Assembly (NCBI GenBank): GCA_965153455.1 | Contig: OZ234493.1 | Span: 26,278,213-26,342,212 of the forward strand | Length of the DNA stretch: 64,000 nt | Source of the DNA: Sphagnum compactum | Taxonomy: Eukaryota | Direction of reading: 5' to 3' | Shown: positions 38,901-55,615 of the stretch, piece by piece | How positions within the stretch are numbered: position 1 is the first letter of the stretch | How the letters are laid out: each line of letters begins with the position of its first letter | Made by a program: the position numbers and the translations under genes | The notes under the pieces: model-generated | Seen by the model: only the letters and a program-made list of their open reading frames with translations | What the model was told of the DNA's origin: nothing | The model's database searches: none

Positions 38901-39960
38901 CTTACCATTTAATAATGAATTATAAATAAATGGATTATAATTTGAAACTAGAAGCTCACACCATGTTGTGTTTTTTTAAAAATAATCTTAAAGTGACAAC
39001 TATTTCAATGAAAATTCCCAAAAAAATGAATAAGTACAAGGGTTCATAAAGCTCAGGTCAAGGTCCTTGCACAATTTATGGAAATTCTACCTTATAAATT
39101 TTCCTAATTCCTTATCCAAAAATTGTGTAATTCAACATTTCTTTAATGTTTAACTAAATTTCCATGTGGAAACACAAAACGAAACACCATTGTAAAAACA
39201 ATAAAAGCAAATACAAGCTTCCAAGCTACCATTTTTGAAAGGTTATGTGCTAGACAAATTAATAAGAAATGAAAATTAAATTACACTAACTAATGACAAG
39301 AGATGTCTGAAAGGAATATGACTCATGATATTAAAATATTCAAGTTTGATAACTTAATGAAGACCATTTGAAACATTTATATTGCAATCAAATTTAACAT
39401 TAACACCTAGAGTGTTAAGTAGTCTAGAATCTAACTAACATCAAAACTAATTCATTAATGGAATGCTTGTTAACACTAACCTAAATGATAGTTAATCTTA
39501 TCATTTTTAATTCATACCTAGTTAGTGTTAAGTTCATGTTACGGTTTAGTTGCACACCTCCATCATGATAAATTCATAGTATCATGATGAAAGAAAGGGA
39601 GTGAGAAGCAAAACTCGTTGTGTAGTCTCGCTTTCATCATTGTCACCCTTTATTTTCTCTATTTTTATTATTTTCTATGAGCTTATGTTGTTTAATTTTT
39701 GTGAGCTTTGATGTCTTTTGTGTTATTTCTCTTGTTTTTGCATTTGGTTTTTCTCAAGTTTCATTGTCATTAACAATTCTTTTTCTCTTATTTGTGCTCA
39801 ACTTCACTCAAGTTTCATAGTCATTGATGCCCTACTTTTTTTTCTCTTCTTTGCATTTAGCTTTGTTCAAACTTCATTGTCATCACCACCTTTTTTTTTG
39901 TTGTTCTTTGCAATTCCCTTCATTTGAGTTTTGTCATCATCTTCACCTTGCTTTGGGCTA

Positions 39961-40470
39961 CCTAGGTCTAGTTCTTAGGGCTAGGAGTCTTTGAATTGCA
40001 TTTTTTTTATTCTTGACTTTTGGTTTTGCTCTCATCTTCTGTGACATTTTTATTTTTGTGTTTCATTTTTTGCATTCTTGTTTCTATAGTGAATTTCTTA
40101 ATATGTTTTTGTCTTGTGTCTTTGCACTTTGCAATGTGCAATTTGATGTCATTTTTATTTTTGTTCCCAAGAGCAAAGAAGTGTGAACTTACAAACCAAA
40201 AGAAAACAAAAAAAAATTGCAACCTTCACTACAAAACAAAACCTCAAAACACAAGAATAACAAAGAGCTTCTAGCAAATGAGCAGAATGACCAATGAGCT
40301 CTCACTTGGGCACCTTATTTTCATGCACACGAAGCCTTTGCACAAGATAGCCATTGCACAACACCACCTTAAACCCTAAGCTTCATCGGAGACCCTAGCC
40401 TAAAAACCTAGACCTTCCACCCTACTACTACCCAACATATGGACTCCTAGCCCTAAGAACTAGACCTAGG
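39961..40470. mobile_element. MITE with perfect 29-bp TIRs and TA flanks (Tc1/mariner-Stowaway-like)
   Basis: ta|cctaggtctagttcttagggctaggagtc (39961-39989) and gactcctagccctaagaactagacctagg|ta (40442-40470) are exact reverse complements. Confidence 0.75.
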
Positions 40471-41208
40471 TACCCCTTTATACCCTACCTGAGGATTGGG
40501 GTTTTGTAAACATCTTGGGTGTTGTACAAATGAGGCAAATATTGAGGCAGCTATCACCAATTTTGATACCTGCTAGTTTGAAGGGTGAGACCAGTGAACT
40601 TGGGGGGCTGATTCTCACTCTCTTTGTGATACACAGCCAACATTGGTATTTACAGTGACACAAAATTTAGTCTTACTAATTGACCACATTTGATCGACCA
40701 CTAATTATTCACATTTGACATATTGATAAGTTGTTAACTATTTTCTAAAGTGTGATATTAAAAAAATCGCATGAAAAAAAAACAAAGTGTGCTACGAAAA
40801 CTAGCATTAAAAAATTCTGCTATGATACTAACAATTGCCACAAGCATTCAACAAGAAAAATTGCATACACAACTAGATTAGACCAGGTCTGGAAATCATG
40901 TTTACCAAACTTGCAATTAGCACCTTCTTCATTTCCAACATACTTAAGGAAAAACCCATGACCATCCTAATGTTGGGCAACACCCTCAAACTATTTCTCC
41001 TTCTCAACTCCCTCCTTGTTTCATACCCACCAAAGAGTTTTCATCCTCTTGTCTCTTCACCATCATCTTCACTTACAGCCTCAAAATATTACAAATATTG
41101 TTGGCTGACCAGTCTGGATCTCTTTGTCTTGATCATAATTCTTTCACACCAAAATTAAATAAGAGTATGTGAAATATCATAGTCCTAATGTTGGATCTGA
41201 GGTTGAAC

Positions 41209-43723
<2,515 letters not shown>

Positions 43724-43900
43724 GATGCCAGAAGCAGAAGGAAAAATTTGTGCTGATGTAGCTTTCTTCTCCTGGCAAGCCCTCCAGACTCTAGCCTTAG
43801 GAATTTCTTATCAAGTCTCTGTAAATCAAAGCACAAACTACTTTTCTTCTTATATGTATGTAATGGGTCCCTTGTAAAAAAAGCTTCAAAGACTTAGGAA

Positions 43901-43909
43901 TTTTATATA
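43901..43909 (-). promoter_or_regulatory. Candidate TATA box of the phytoglobin gene
   Basis: TATATAAAA on the minus strand ~180 bp upstream of the proposed ATG at 43723. Confidence 0.5.
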
Positions 43910-46900
43910 CCATATTCAAACTGGTGCTTCCACAAGCTACAAACAGGGAAATGCAGGGCCCATAACAAGGAGTTATGAAGATGCTTACACAACAACACAC
44001 AAAAAAGTTATTTAGTTTCTATCTTCAAAGAGAAAATTTGCCATAATTATGACTCTTTTCATCACCTCAAAAAGAATTTCCTTTCATTAATTTAAAGGAT
44101 TAGTTAAGGATGAAACCGACCCTAGGCCCTAGGGTAAGGTATTTTGACATAACTTTCCCTTGAAAAACCAATTTAATAAACAAGAACCCCATGATCCATG
44201 GCTGCAAATCAAGGGATTGCAATTTGGAATGCCAATATTAGAAGAAGATGATCCATCACACAAAAAATCCTGGCAATAATAATTTAATATTAATATCACC
44301 CAATTCTTCATGGCATACCAATGGAAGCTTAGAGTATATACCATTGCATAGGGTCAGCTTCCACATCGAGAAAATGAATTGCCCTAGCCTGGTTAGGTAG
44401 CATGGTGCCTAAGATTTTTTTCATTTTTTTTTCATTTTTTTTCATTTATATTTGGTAGTATAAGTAAGAGTATTTTAGTTTGGTATTATATAATTAATTA
44501 ATGAAGCTAGTGTACTTGAGAGTTCCTTTCAGATTTTTGGCATGGTAGGTATATTTCAAAATTTTCAGCAATTCCATGAAATAATTAAGTAGTTCCTGAC
44601 CGGGCTAAGTACTACGGTAATTAAATTATTTCAAAAAATCAATTTGTTTTTCTCGTATCTTTTGAAATTATTTATGCTTTTGTGATCTAAGTTATAATAT
44701 AATCTAATAATAATGAGTGATCAAATTATCCTTATTGTATAGCCTGCTATAATTGTGATGGTTTCCATCATCTCATGATCAAATTTTCACAAAATAAAAT
44801 AAAATGTTTCACTAGGTACTTGCCAATCTTCTTGATCTTGATGTTAACAAATTGTATGTAGCTCAAGATATATAGGCGCACATCCATACGATCGAATTAG
44901 ATGCTTATATATTCATAATTTTTAACCAACCTTGTTGAAATTTTTAATTTTTCAAAAAAGAAAAAAATTTAATAATTATTTTTTTGAAAAAAAAATTAAT
45001 TACTTTTTGAAAGTAACTAAAATTATTCTTTTTAAAAATGTGCCAAACCTGACGCTAGCCTGTGATATTTAGAAGATTATTTTAATGCGGAGATTGACCC
45101 GAGGGTAAAGTAAGTATGTGGAGGAGAAGAGTTTTAGGCAATCTCACTCTTGGGCATTTTTGTTTTTTATCATTTTCAAAAGTGATGTAGCATGAATTGC
45201 AACCATCCAATAAGTCCTTCCGAATATGTTTATAAGACAACTAGGGTTAACAAGGACCCACACCCACGTTGGTACCTTCACATTTTGGAGGCCTCAATTG
45301 GTCATAACTAGGGGGAAAATAAAAATTAAATCTATTTTAATGTACATCATCACGTTGTTGTAAAAATAAAAATAAAAATTCATGATTTCTTTTTCATTTT
45401 TTCACATCACATTAGTCATGAGGAACCCAAAAGAAATCTCACAATAAATGATGACATTTTTTAGGAACCTATCTAAACATTTTTTTAAATGTTACCAAAA
45501 CAAAACCAATAGGGAAATGTCGTAACATGATTTTCAATGTTTTCAAATCTAATGATTTTTTTTCTCCAAAAAAGTTTCAAATATGTTCTTTTCATTTTTT
45601 TATTTCACATTTGTTCAAATTTTCAAACCAGGAAAAAACACTTGTCATGACATGTGTATTTGAATGTTTTCAATCACATTGCCACATTTTGAAAGAATTA
45701 TATGAATTTTTGGGTATGATGAGTGACATAATCATTTTTGAAGAAAGTGGTTTCATATTTAGTTTTGTGAGTTATGGATTGGTGACAAAGTCACTTGAGG
45801 CTGAGTGCACATTTGAGGAGGTGGCAGAGAAAATAAAATGTCAAAAGATGAATGTGAATCTTTTTACAACTATATTCGGATGAATCATCTCACCTCGTTT
45901 ATAAGGGCAAAATCCCTTGAAGCTATTATACTCTATAATGATTCTGAACACAATAAAAAAAAATGACCGCCAGGCTTTACGCCCCAGTGCTCAGGCATTA
46001 CCCTACACTTGTAACCCCGTCAAAGTTAATTCCCAAAAAATCAAAGTTAATTCCAAAAATAATATCCCTCCACTCACAAGACGATCAAAGGGTATGAATT
46101 GTCCAAGGGTACGAATTGTCCCTTTTGAAGTCCAAATTAAATTGATACGAGTCACATATCAAAGACTAAGGACCAATAAGGAAGATTAAAAAGTGGCAAT
46201 CATCCCTAAGAAGATTTAGCCAAATCTGGCTATAAACCAGAAATGAAGTGCAAATCTTTAATCATCCGTCCTTGTATATGTTTGAGTTACACTAAATATA
46301 CAAATCTGGCAATTTTTTAATCTCTTTTTTTCCCTCACTTCTGGCAACTGAAAACCTCCAAAATCACTTCTTTCATAATATGCTGTACATCTACCTATTG
46401 TGTCCACACTCTGAATGAACACCAAAACAATCCGTTCCAATCTAAACAGTCTAAACACTTTCACCAAAGAAACCGATTCACCGAATGTGAAACTGGTTCT
46501 AAAAAAACTTCCAAAAGTTGGATCCAATGCCATAGTCCCTCTGTCTCTGTGGGGGCAGGGCCCAATAAAATCCAATTCTGATGTCAGTTATGAAAATTAG
46601 GGTTTGGTTCTTACTAATTGGAACTGAAACAAGACAATTATCACCCACCAAAACAGGTACCTGCCCAAACAGTGGTTCAATCTGAACTCTTAATCGAGAG
46701 TTCAGTTTTTCAGCATTTCATGGAACATTTATTATATTTAGCTGCCACAAGGGGCAGAGCTATTTGAGTGATGATGGATGGGGGTTTAGGCTTGTTTAAG
46801 CTTGTTTACACTTGCAGAATTTTTATGTGAAAATAGTAGAGCTCGTTTCATCCATCCTCTGTCCCATAAAATTAGGAGAAGATTCCGCGACTCCCTGAAC

Positions 46901-49900
46901 AAAAAACAAACGTCAGAAAGAAAGGTACTTCCAGAATCTGTACAAAAAAGCATCAAACTTTTCATCATCTGGAAAAGTAGAAATTGGATGAGTCTTCAGC
47001 TTCTGGCCCAGCTTCTCGTTGGTTTTCATCCAAATTTTCTAAAGATACATGACACTTGTTGAAGATTGATGCACGGTTCAATGTATCTGCCCCACTTAGA
47101 ACATCTCCACCCCAAAACTGTGAATAACACGCTTTATTTTACAATAGAATACCGTTTATTATGATCACTGCCCCCAGTCATAAAAGTTCCTTTAAACACT
47201 CAAAGACCATTCATGTCTTTACATCTGGACGAGTAATAATCCGTGTCCAAATCCATAGTAGATAAAAGCTTTTAAAGGGGTTAAAATGACCACTGCAAAA
47301 TGGACCATCAATACCCGAGAGCAGCAGGATTCACACTATTCTGATGGAAGATTTCATGTAAAGGGGTGTTCCATATGGACCCCAAAGCACTCCAATTTTA
47401 TCAGATGCCTCGGAAGAGTACAAAAGCACTCCAAGGTTTTTCTCTGTGTGCTTAAAAGCATGGACGATTCGTTTGTTAGTTGAAGGACCCGTTTGACAAG
47501 CACATGCAGACTGTTCACCTTTCCAATTAAAAAAGCCTTTCGTACATTATGCTGCTATATGAAGGCTTGCTTCCATAGGTCTCCTTAATTTTTGAGCCTA
47601 CACCAAAGGTCTCTCGCCCTCAAGGCTCCAACCTTCAAATTAGGGGAGGCCCTTGGAAGTAGGACTTGCTCCATATACTAGAGTTATCTTTAAAGTCCTT
47701 CCCAATCCAGTCTTTTTTTTTGGTATCCTTTTCATTTCGTCATTTCCTCTTTGTTGTTATCCATAAAATTCAGAACATTTTGATAAGTAGCACATTTGAA
47801 GATGAGATTGATGAATTTTTTATTATGCTTTGTGTTTAATGCATCTATGCTGGTAGCCATCTTTTGGTTTGCTAATTCAAAGTTTATATTGAGAATCACA
47901 TTTAGAATCAAACTCTTTTTAAATATTTATGAAAATATAAAAAAATGAATTGATTTTGAATTGTGACGCCCAATGCAAATTAATTAAGCATGTTAATGTT
48001 CATCTACCATTTTGACCTGTTTTGAATCCTTAATGAACAATACCATCCCTTGCCTAAAATACTTATATTTTATAAGTCTATTATATTTCTCTTAGCAAAG
48101 AGGAGGGATGCTATACCAACGCTTTAAGAGTGAGAGGAATCTAACACCTATGTTAAAAATCGCCAAATTTTTCCCAATGTATTTTATGATCACTTCTCAT
48201 GTATGACCTCACATGGGATCTTACAACCCTTGTAATATCTCACTAACCAATCAACAAGACCTTATGAATTCTTAAGTGTTCTGTTTTCCAAAAGAAGGAC
48301 AAAACTAAGAAACAAATCTCAGCATTTCATTAAGTGGGTAAAGGGTTTACAAAAAAACCCTTCCTTGATTTTGGGTAGTTCATTTTGAGTGATTTAAAAT
48401 GTTGCAAGAGCACTACCTCAAGCTCTAGAAATCCTCTTTGACGTGCAAAGGAAAAGGAGTAATTGAAAAATGGCAAGAAGAAAAATAAGCTTTCAACTTA
48501 TAAAATATGTTTTTTTTTGCCTTCTCTTTGGACCCCTCCCACTTTCAAAGCTTCTAACTTTCTCATTTTTTGTTCGTTTTAAACGATTTAAAGTGCTATA
48601 GGAGCACCACCTTCAATTCTACAAATCATTTTTGAATTGTAATAGCAACAGAGCAACATACAAAGAAGTTTTTCGATGTTTGGGAACCAGCTTTGTAGTC
48701 TTCTATGATTTGTTTTTTTCAATTCTTGACCCGTCTACTTTTGGGGGGGGTGGGGTTGTAACTTTCTCATTTCACATCCGTTTTTGAAAAGAATTAATGT
48801 GTCAGATATGCGAAGAGGAGGTGTTCAACTTTTGTTTGGACACCAGAAACAATGGAGCCTTCCCCCCGGATCTAGCCTGCCTTGACCACTTAATTGTTGC
48901 TCACCAACCATTCTACCCTAGTATATTTTTTCATGGGTGAAATTTTGCCAAATTTCAACCTAAAAAAAATAATTTCAAACTTTACAAAGGATTTTTCATG
49001 AAAAAATGGCCCAAATTCACCAAATTTTTAAAAAACAATTCAAATTGCTATAATTTTATGATGAACTCTAGCCAGTAGTCAAGAATATAGAAGGATTCTG
49101 TTTTTTTCTATTTTCATATCTAATATGTAGCCAAATTTCGCTTTTTTTTTTTCTAAACCATCAGCACTTTGAGTACATCACAAAATCTTTTAAAAAATTT
49201 ATGTTTCCTACACCTTGTGATCCACATATGTTTAGACCACGATAACCTTTGCTTTATGTGTAAGGTAGAACCCCTGTGTATGCCTCATCTTAGGTTCCTC
49301 ATTCTATGAATGTTCCTCTATGACCTAAAAATAGTATCCAACATTTTTTATGGATGAATGAAAACAGGAACCCTAATTCAACTATGTGGCAGCTGATGTT
49401 GAAGCTATTATGTTTCAAGGACGCCGAAAGTTCAATTACTTTTTTTCTATTTTTGACTTTGTTTGTTGTTTTGTAGGTTATTGTGGAGTGGCTTAGGTGA
49501 GCTGGTTTCGGTGATGGAGCGGGATCCTTGTTATTTAATTGAAAAACTTTATGGGGAGGGTGAGTCATAGATCTTAGAGGCGATTGGTGCGAAGTTTTCA
49601 AAGGAATGGAGGGAGGTGGACAAGGGGCAACTAAATGAAGCTAGCTAAGGAAAAGGACTGAGAAGCAATTTTTCTTTTGGGAGTGGGAGAAGTTAAGTTC
49701 TGATATGCTTGTTAGGAAGTGTGGCATTTGTTTGGATTTGGATTGTACTCAGTTGAGGACTAAAGTCCCTTTGGATTTTTCTTTTCTTGAACTTGGCACT
49801 AACCTTTTGATGTGCCAAGTGCATCAAGAAGGAATTAAGAGGTCTAGCATTTGCATTTTAGGGACCAAAACAAGGGAAACAAAGTATGAGTATAGAATTT

Positions 49901-52116
49901 CAGAAGCGATTATAGTGGCAGCCATCATCTTTGACAATTTGGGGGTCTTAATGTGAATGTGGAATGTGGTCCATTCTAAGAAGAGAGTACCTCCGATATA
50001 GTTGGAGCTCCGAGGATTTTGAAATAAGAGGATACTATGAGGTGTAGAAGATCACATCCACTTGCTTTGTTCTTTTTTCTTTGTCCAACTTCTAAGAGAA
50101 ACCACGTAATGATGTTGGGGTTGCACTTGTGGGATTTTTGTTGTTGAAGGATGAGCTGCCACACTCATTAAGCTACTAGTTAGCTCCTTGAGAGGAAATC
50201 AAGAGAGGTTTCATTCCTTGAGGTCCATAGAATTAGAATAACAAAGTTTGATGATCGAAAGGATTTAGGTTTAGAAATAACACTTGTAATAACCTTCTTT
50301 CTGCTATTTGGAAATTCCAACAAATCTTGTTGCATTTGTATTCAAAATGTTTGGGATTTCCATCCCAAAATCATCATACCCTTTCTTTTGGTGACACCTC
50401 AACCATAGGCTTAATCCATTTTGTAATAACATCAGTTAAAGGCATTTCAACCTTTTGGTAGTAGTGCAAGTACCCTCCACTTGTATGGGCCAGCATCATG
50501 GTACTGCGCGACTCTAAAGCATTAATGTAATAAGCAAGGTGGTCCCATACAGTGGCACGGCATTTCATATGGGCCAACCATCACCATTGCATTGATGCCC
50601 TAGGAATACGACATCACCCTACAAATAAGATACCTCTATTTAAAGGTCCCCACTTGTAGAATGTATAATGTATCCAAAGAGTTTTCCCCATTTTGTGCAA
50701 AAATAGAAGCAACGTCCGTAAAAAAAACTCTTGTCCTTTACAAGCAAGCCTAATGAACTTTTTAAATTTCATCTTTGTAAATGGATGCACCTCCCCCACA
50801 CAAAACTTCACAATTCAAAATTCAGAGATTTTATAAAAGTGTAAAATATTGTCACATTTTTTCTTTTGTATATTTTGGTCTCTCATTGAGTAGAGGAAAT
50901 CTTGTTTGTTGATATTACAATGATGTTACAAAAATAACTTACATAATCTAGAAGGTACTCTCCAACTTGCTAGTTAAAATAACTTTCACGTGATGAAAAT
51001 TACCCATCAACTTATCCTTGTCACTGCAACACTATCCTTCTATAATGTCACTATCACAACAATGCTTTATGTAAAAAAAGGTCTATTAATAGACCCTTTT
51101 GAATTTTTGGCCCCCTTCGACTTACCAATCTCAAGGGATCTCAAATTTGAAAAGGTTTGTTGCTAGACCTTTCTCCAATACCTAAGGCATCTCTTTTTTT
51201 TTCCTTTTTTTTAAAAAAGTGTACATTATTGTTTTTGTAAGATTCCCAAAATTTAAAAGTTCATTACCTTGGGGGAAGAATTTTTTTTTTGGGCTCTTCC
51301 TGGATTTTCAGGCCTAGACTCAGCCAGACCCTCAAATCCAGGAAGAGCCTCAAAGGGATTCCTTACGCTATACAAAAAATTGCAAGCTGAAAGTCCATGC
51401 CCTCTCGTCTTTGAAATGCTACATTGTTATCAATCCTCCAGCTTCTTCTCTCCAGTCTTTGCCAAATGGTGTCTTTTTTTTTCAGGGAGGAGCAAAATTT
51501 CACAAATTTCAACCTCAAATAATAAAATGGATCTATTCTGTCACAAATTCCTTGTTACAAAAAAATTCAACTTTTTATAATTTTATTAAAATCCTCAAAT
51601 TATATAAGAAGTTCCAGTAGGTAGTCAAAAAGGATGCTTAAACTTATTTGCTTTTATATTTTCTCTATAGCCTGATTTAGCTAAATCGTCTTATGGATGA
51701 TTACCACTTCAGGTACATCACAAATTTATTTAAATTATGAAGCTTTATTTGTTTTACATACATTCTGCTTGCCACATACCAAGTCTGCATCCTTTAACAT
51801 AATATCATAGCTATCAATTCTGTAGAAAGCCTAATCTTTTCTATATGGTAATCAGTGATTTTTTTCCCCTTGGCAATTTTGTGAAATGTTTTAAAAAATT
51901 GGTTTTCTAGTCACCAAATTTTGGAAAAAAAATTTCATTAAAAAATATCCCCAGATTCTATATTAAGTTCAGTAGGTAGACAAAAACATAACATCCTAGA
52001 AGGATGCTAAAAATTTCTTACTCAATTTTTTCTACAGCCAAATCATTGTCTTATGGATGATTGCCACTTCAGCTGCAGCAAAAAATTGAGGAAAAAGAAA
52101 TATTGATGGCAATCGG

Positions 52117-52305
52117 TTGCCCCTTCATGTTTCATAGTATTGTGTGCATGCGATTTTTGGTGATGTTCAAATCTCCATTAGCAGTTTTTGCAGGATGGGT
52201 TCTCGACATTTGCCCCTTCATGTTTCATAGTATTGTGTGCATGCAATTTTTGGTGATGTTCAAATCTCCATTAGCAGTTTTTGCAGGATGGGTTCTCGAC
52301 ATTTG
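52117..52305. repeat. Tandem duplication, 93-bp unit x2
   Basis: ttgccccttcatgtttcatagtattgtgtgcatgc(g/a)atttttggtgatgttc...ggttctcgacat is repeated with a single mismatch. Confidence 0.95.
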
Positions 52306-53344
52306 TGTGCAACGCCAATTGGGTGTCTCAGATTGAAGCAGATAATGTTGATGACTTAGCAACAGTGTGGTAAGTATGACTGTGGAAAGCTGCAATTGCC
52401 CTGGCAGGTTTCCTCAATTCTTACATTGCTTCCAGATGTAATCTGTGAAGATGGAGCATTAGTTACTGCCTATAAGTATTCCTCATGTACTCATGAAAGC
52501 AATCAAACAACAAAGCTCTTTCTTTGTTGAATGGAGATCTTCATCAACCCAAAGTTTTTCCCCAAGTGGACAGGGAGTTCAAAATCTTGAGCCTTTCTTT
52601 CCATGGAATGCTAGTGTCAGGTATGTCATCTGGAACACTGACTTCTTTTTTCTCATGCTTTAGAGCAGATTTAACAGAGCATCAATCAAAGCATTTTACC
52701 AATATCAACTTATGGAAGAACAACTTGAGCCCATAAGCAGTGGAACACCACCTCTCAGATGTGAAAGTGCAGATTCAAATCTTGCATCACATAACCAATG
52801 AGGTTTTATGTACATGGTTCCAGACATTTCTGCTCCAGCAGCATCAAAGCATATTAAGTCCTTTGCCCTTATGGAGACAGCATATAATAAACACACCACA
52901 ATGTGCAACACTGCTGATATCAGCCCTTCATTGATGAAAATTGTACATGTTTAATAACCTCCAGCAATGAACTCAATCCAAACAATTCCAGGGAAGTGGA
53001 TGCCAAGCAATTCTTTAGCCTTCTTTAGCCTTCTGCTCTGATCACAACTGATAATAAACCAAAGAGAAAATGGAAGCAATTGTGGGGAACCTCAGCCTGC
53101 TGTTCTTTTTCAAAACCTTGGTCATGAAAGAGAGTTGTCTGTTGAAACCCCAAGTCATGGCTCTTCCTCAGTTACAAACAAGAGGCCCTGACTAAGAATT
53201 CACATGCCCTTTAAAATGGTCAAGTAAATGTCCTTGGAAATGAGTCCTCACAGTACACACTAGAGAGTTGTTTCGTTTGTGCATAACTCTACTGTTAAAT
53301 CCTTGCAAGCTTAGGACCAACCCACGACACATCTGGAAGGATGA

Positions 53345-55268
53345 TTAGGGGTCTCGAGATGTTTGCCAGTTATTGTTACTGCCAAATGTAGCCAATAGCT
53401 TCAACAAGTCTGTTACTGAAAACTCTTCACTAATGCTCCCTTGACGCCTTGGTTGTGAGCTCCCTACAGCATTTGTCCGTGTGTACTGATACTCATAGGC
53501 AGCACTCTTGGTTGTCCGAGACATGGCCAATACAGTTTCAAAGTCTGATTGCTCCAGCTTCCGTGGCAGCTGATTGTGCACAAAAAATTGAGTAATGTGA
53601 GCAGTCTGCTCAAGTGACCTATATAAATTCATGATCTAGCATAAAATAAGGTTTAGAAAATCACCTTTGCAGTAATGAACCCCTCAGGATGTAGTTTCTC
53701 CTCCTCCAAAAGATCACGAATGGGCAGATATGCAGCTTGCTTGCAAAGATCACTCAAATCAGAGCCACTGTAACCTTCGCATAGACTTGCAAGCCGGTCC
53801 ATATCCAGATTCTCAGCCACATCCTCACCCTTGAGAATGACCTTCAATATGCTAGCTCGCTGCTGCTTGTCAGGCATACCAACCTCAAAGGCTCGTGGCA
53901 GGCGCCGCAATATTGCTTCATCAAGCTCCCAGGGCCTATTCGTTGCAGCCAATACCATCACCCGTGCATCCTCTGTATTCAAAAAGGGAAGGTTTTTTTC
54001 CTATGTTATCTATCTTGCACAATCAGCTACATGTGTGCTTGATGTTGGAAGAATGAAGGAGAAAAAGAAGGAAAGAACTTACGGTCTGTGCTAAAACCAT
54101 CCCAGAGAGCCATAAACTCTGTCTTCATGTTGGTGAGTGCCTCATGCTCGGCTACCCTGCGTTGACCTAGAAAGCTGTCTACCTCATCAACAAAAATGAT
54201 TGCAGGTTGCAGCTTGTATGCAAGAGTGAAAACTGCAGTAACTGCAAATGAAAAAAACAATGTCACAAAAGTTATGGTTGTAACAAGATGCATCACAATA
54301 AGCTTTAAGTTCTTGATATTAAGCATATGGACAGCAAAGGAGATGCAACTGATTGAGCAGAAATGGAAGCCATACCCAATTTCTGTGCGTCACCAAACCA
54401 TTTGCTCATCAATGTTGAGGTCTTCACATTGATGAAGACTGCACTTGACTCCTTAGCTATGGCCTTGGCAAGCAATGTCTTTCCTGTTCCAGGAGGGCCG
54501 AACAGCAAAACACCCTTCTGTGGCCGCAGAAGCTTACCATGTGCAAAAAGGTCAGGCCGCTGCAAAGGCAGTATGATCAATTCCTTTAGATCTTGTTTGA
54601 TGGTGTCAAGGCCACCAACTGAGTCAAATGTAACATCAATGTCTTGAGGATTGATCACATCACATGCTATGACGTCCTGCACACACAGAAAAATTCAAAT
54701 CACATTCACTTAGTCCATCTGCTCTTTCTGCAGTTCTAATTTCAAATCATCGTCAAACCCTAATTCCACATTTACTAACTGCTCCTGTAGAGAAACCCCA
54801 AAAGAACAAAAATTGGTTCTCGCTTTTGTGTGAGAATAGCTGAATCTGCAAAAAGTTAGTTCATATAATCAAGCAAGAAATGGTCAACCTGGATCTTGCC
54901 CTAAACCGATGCGGATGGAATGGTGAATGCCTACCAACAAATGAGGGCGAGAAGCGTAATGTTTCTTGGCTTCAGTAAATTAGGGTTTTCTCTCAACACC
55001 GTCTCAATCGAAGAAATCCAGTGGGTGCCTTGGGTGGAAAGCAGCGCAACAACGCAAGCATAAGTACCTCATAAGTATTTGTCTGAACGAGAGGTCGCCC
55101 CAGGCGCTTAGCAATCTCCTTCTTGCGCTCCGCGGCCTTCTTCGACTGTGCAAAATTCGGGTCCAAATACTTGAATCCGACAACCAAAATAAGGCAACTG
55201 ATTGCAGCACTTACTGCATACAAAAAAATCTCTTGACCCACCGACGTTACCCTACTTCCTGCCCCCAT
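53345..55268 (-). CDS. MSP1: MSP1/ATAD1-like outer-membrane AAA+ ATPase (transmembrane helix dislocase), 397 aa; exons 55268-55068, 54676-54376, 54241-54083, 53972-53665, 53569-53345
   Basis: N-terminal TM helix followed by LDP, then TNTYEDVIACDVINP, Walker A GPPGTGKT, pore loop SKWFGDAQKL, Walker B IIFVDEVD, EFMALWDG, SRH AATNRPWELDEAILRRLPR and GYSGSDL. All four introns are GT-AG with consistent phases. Confidence 0.95.
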
Positions 55269-55540
55269 CGAATCCCAAACCCCACCCCACAACCCACAAC
55301 CTCCCCGCCCCTTACTCTCTCTTCTCTCCCCTCTTCACCGTCCTGCCGGCACTCGAAAAAAGCTCAGAAATTCAAGCTCCAATTCTTAAGTCCTCCGAGC
55401 TGCCTCAACCAGCGTGTAGAACCTAAACCTCCCATTTGCAACCGCTGGAAATTTCCGCAGAATTCGGACACACCGTCCACCCCGGATGCAACAATCGCAA
55501 CTCCAGATTCGCAAATTTTGCTCCTCCGCCATCAAACTTT

Positions 55541-55615
55541 TAGGGTTTCGATTCGCACCTTTTCCTCCTCTGCGACCAGACTTTTAGGGTTTCTAGTTTC
55601 GACCAGTGTTGGCCC
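55541..55615 (-). promoter_or_regulatory. Telo-boxes (AAACCCTA x2) plus a site-II-like GGCCC in the CpG-rich promoter/5'UTR of the AAA ATPase
   Basis: tagggttt at 55541-55548 and 55585-55592, and ttggcccg at ~55609. Further telo-boxes lie in intron 1 (54756, 54981). Typical of plant housekeeping promoters. Confidence 0.55.
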
